Shown: positions 61,360 through 64,000 of the stretch, piece after piece
Layout: each line of letters starts with the position of its first letter
Position numbering within the stretch: position 1 is the stretch's first letter
NCBI RefSeq assembly: GCF_036365525.1
Contig: NC_090418.1
Coordinates: forward strand, 7,294,304 to 7,358,303
Length of the DNA stretch: 64,000 nt
DNA from: Heterodontus francisci
Taxonomy: Eukaryota
Direction of reading: 5' to 3'
Translations under genes and position numbers: made by a program
The notes under the pieces: model-generated
Told to the model about the DNA's origin: nothing
Database searches by the model: none
Seen by the model: only the letters and a program-made list of their open reading frames with translations

Positions 61360-64000
61360 CATCACACTAACCATCACCGACCGTTACACTGACCATCACT
61401 GACCATCACACTGGCCATCACTGACTATTACTGACCATCACACTGACCATCACTGACCATCACACTGGCCATCACTGACAATGACTGACCATCACACTGA
61501 CCATCACTGACCATCACACTGGCCATCACTGACTATTACTGACCATCACACTGACCATCACTGACCATCACACTGGCCATCACTGACAATGACTGACCAT
61601 CACACTGACCATGACTGACCATCACACTGGCCATCACTGACTATTACTGACCATCACACTGACCATCACTGACCATCACACTGGCCATCACTGACAATGA
61701 CTGACCATCACACTGACCATGACTGACCATCACACTGGCCATCACTGACTATTACTGACCATCACACTGGCCATCACTGACCATCACCCTGACCATCACA
61801 CTGACCATCACTGACCATCACCCTGACCATCACACTGACCATCACCCTGACCATCACACTGACCATCACTGACCATCACACTGACCATGACTGACCATCA
61901 CACTGGCCATCACTGACTATTACTAACCATCACACTGGCCATCACTGACCATCACCCTGACCATCACACTGACCATCACCCTGACCATCACACTGACCAT
62001 CACTGACAATCACACTGGCAATCACACTGACCATCGCACTGTCCATCGCACAGATCATCATACTGACCATCACACTGACCAACACCCTGACTGTCACACT
62101 GACCATCACTGACCATTACACTGACCATCGCTGACCATCACACTGCCCATCACCCTGACCGTCACCCTGACTATCACACTGACCATCACTGACCATCGCC
62201 CTGACCGTCACTGACGATCACACTGACGATCACACTGACCGTCACATTGACCATCACACTGACCGTCACACTGACCATCACACTGACCGTCACATTGACC
62301 ATCACACTGACCGTCACACTGACCATCACACTGACCATCACTGACGATCACACTGACCGTAACTCTGACCATCACATTGACCATCACACTGACTGTCACA
62401 CTGTCCGTCACATTGACCATCACACTGACCATCACCCTGACCGTCACCCTGACCATCACTGACGATCATCCTGACCATCACATTGACCATCACACTGACT
62501 GTCACACTGACCGTCACATTGACCATCACACTGACCATCACCCTGACCATCACTGACGATCATCATGACCATCACACTGACCGTCACATTGACCATCACA
62601 CTGACCATCACCCTGATCATCACTGACGATCATCCTGACCATCACACTGACCGTAACTCTGACCATCACATTGACCATCACACTGACTGTCACACTGGCC
62701 GTTACATTGACCATCACACTGACCATCACCCTGACCGTCACCCTGACCATCACACTGACCATCACTGACCATCGCCCTGACCGTCACTGACGATCACACT
62801 GACGATCACACTGACCGTCACATTGACCATCACACTGACCATCACCCTGATCATCACTGACGATCATCCTGACCATCACACTGACCGTAACTCTGACCAT
62901 CACATTGACCATCACACTGACTGTCACACTGGCCGTTACATTGACCATCACACTGACCATCACCCTGACCGTCACCCTGACCATCACACTGACCATCACT
63001 GACCATCGCCCTGACCGTCACTGACGATCACACTGACGATCACACTGACCGTCACATTGACCATCACACTGACCATCACACTGACCATCACACTGACCAT
63101 CACTGACAATCACACTGACCGTCACACTGACCATCACACTGACCATCACTGACCATCACACTGACCGTCACACTGACCATCACTGACAATCACACTGACC
63201 ATCACACTGACCGTCACACTGACCATCACTGACAATCACACTGACCATCACACTGACCATCACACTGACCATCATCCTGACCATCACACTGACAATCACA
63301 CTGACCTTCACACTGACCATCACTGACAATCACACTGACCGTCACACTGACCATCACACTGACCATCACACTGACCGTCACACTGACCATCACTGACCAT
63401 CTCCCTGACTGTCACCCTGACCATCACACTGACCATCACACTGACCATCACTGACTATCTCCCTGACTGTCACCCTGACCATCACACTGACCATCACCTT
63501 GACCATCACACTGACCATCACACTGACCGTCACACTGACCATCACTGACAATCACACTGACCGTCACACTGACCATCACACTGACCATCACTGACAATCA
63601 CATTGACCATCACACTGACCATCACACTGACCATCACCCTGACCGTCAGACTGACCATCACACTGACCGTCACACTGACCATCACTGACAATCACACTGA
63701 CCATCACACTGACCATCACTGACAATCACATTGACCATCACACTGACCATCACCCTGACCATCACCCTGACCATCACACTGACCTCCACCCTGACCATCA
63801 CCTTGACCATCACACTGACCATCACTGACCATCTCCCTGACTGTCACCCTGACCATCACACTGACCATCATCCTGACCATCACACTGACCGTCACACTGA
63901 CCATCACACTGACCATCACTGACAATCACACTGACCGTCACACTGATCATCACTGACAATCACACTGACCGTCACACTGACCATCACCCTGACCGTCACA
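61360..64000 (+). repeat. Satellite of mixed 10- and 12-mers (CTGACCATCA / CTGACCATCACA), running off the right edge
   Basis: Continuous array, with a higher-order repeat around 62550-63020. Confidence 0.98.

Noticed and set aside
59668-64000. Regular arrays as CRISPR, or ORFs such as (DGQC)n and (TITL)n as proteins
   Set aside because: Head-to-tail tandem repeats with no unique spacers, in a vertebrate context. The ORFs are translations of satellite DNA.

Overview
This is vertebrate genomic DNA, most likely from a cartilaginous fish (inferred from the CR1, RTE and Penelope LINEs and the HE1-like and Deu-type SINEs). It is mostly repeat, but it holds a compact immune locus, reconstructed by hand from splice sites and exon phases. 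(1) A plus-strand CD28/PD-1-family-like inhibitory receptor at 45372-60782 has one leader, three tandem phase-1/1 V-set Ig exons, one TM exon, a short cytoplasmic exon and a last exon with ITIM-ITSM-ITIM-like tyrosines. (2) A divergently transcribed, related single-V receptor lies on the minus strand: leader 12196-12253, V 5743-6099 and two 54-nt stalk micro-exons, with the rest beyond the left edge. (3) An intact four-exon LECT2 gene (minus, 15754-22683, 150 aa) lies between them. (4) An interrupted inverted duplication spanning about 23 kb (about 11320-34920) produced a disabled LECT2 copy and a near-identical second leader exon (33954-34011) that points at the three-V receptor. No searches were run, so family assignments rest on motif recognition and percent identities are visual estimates.
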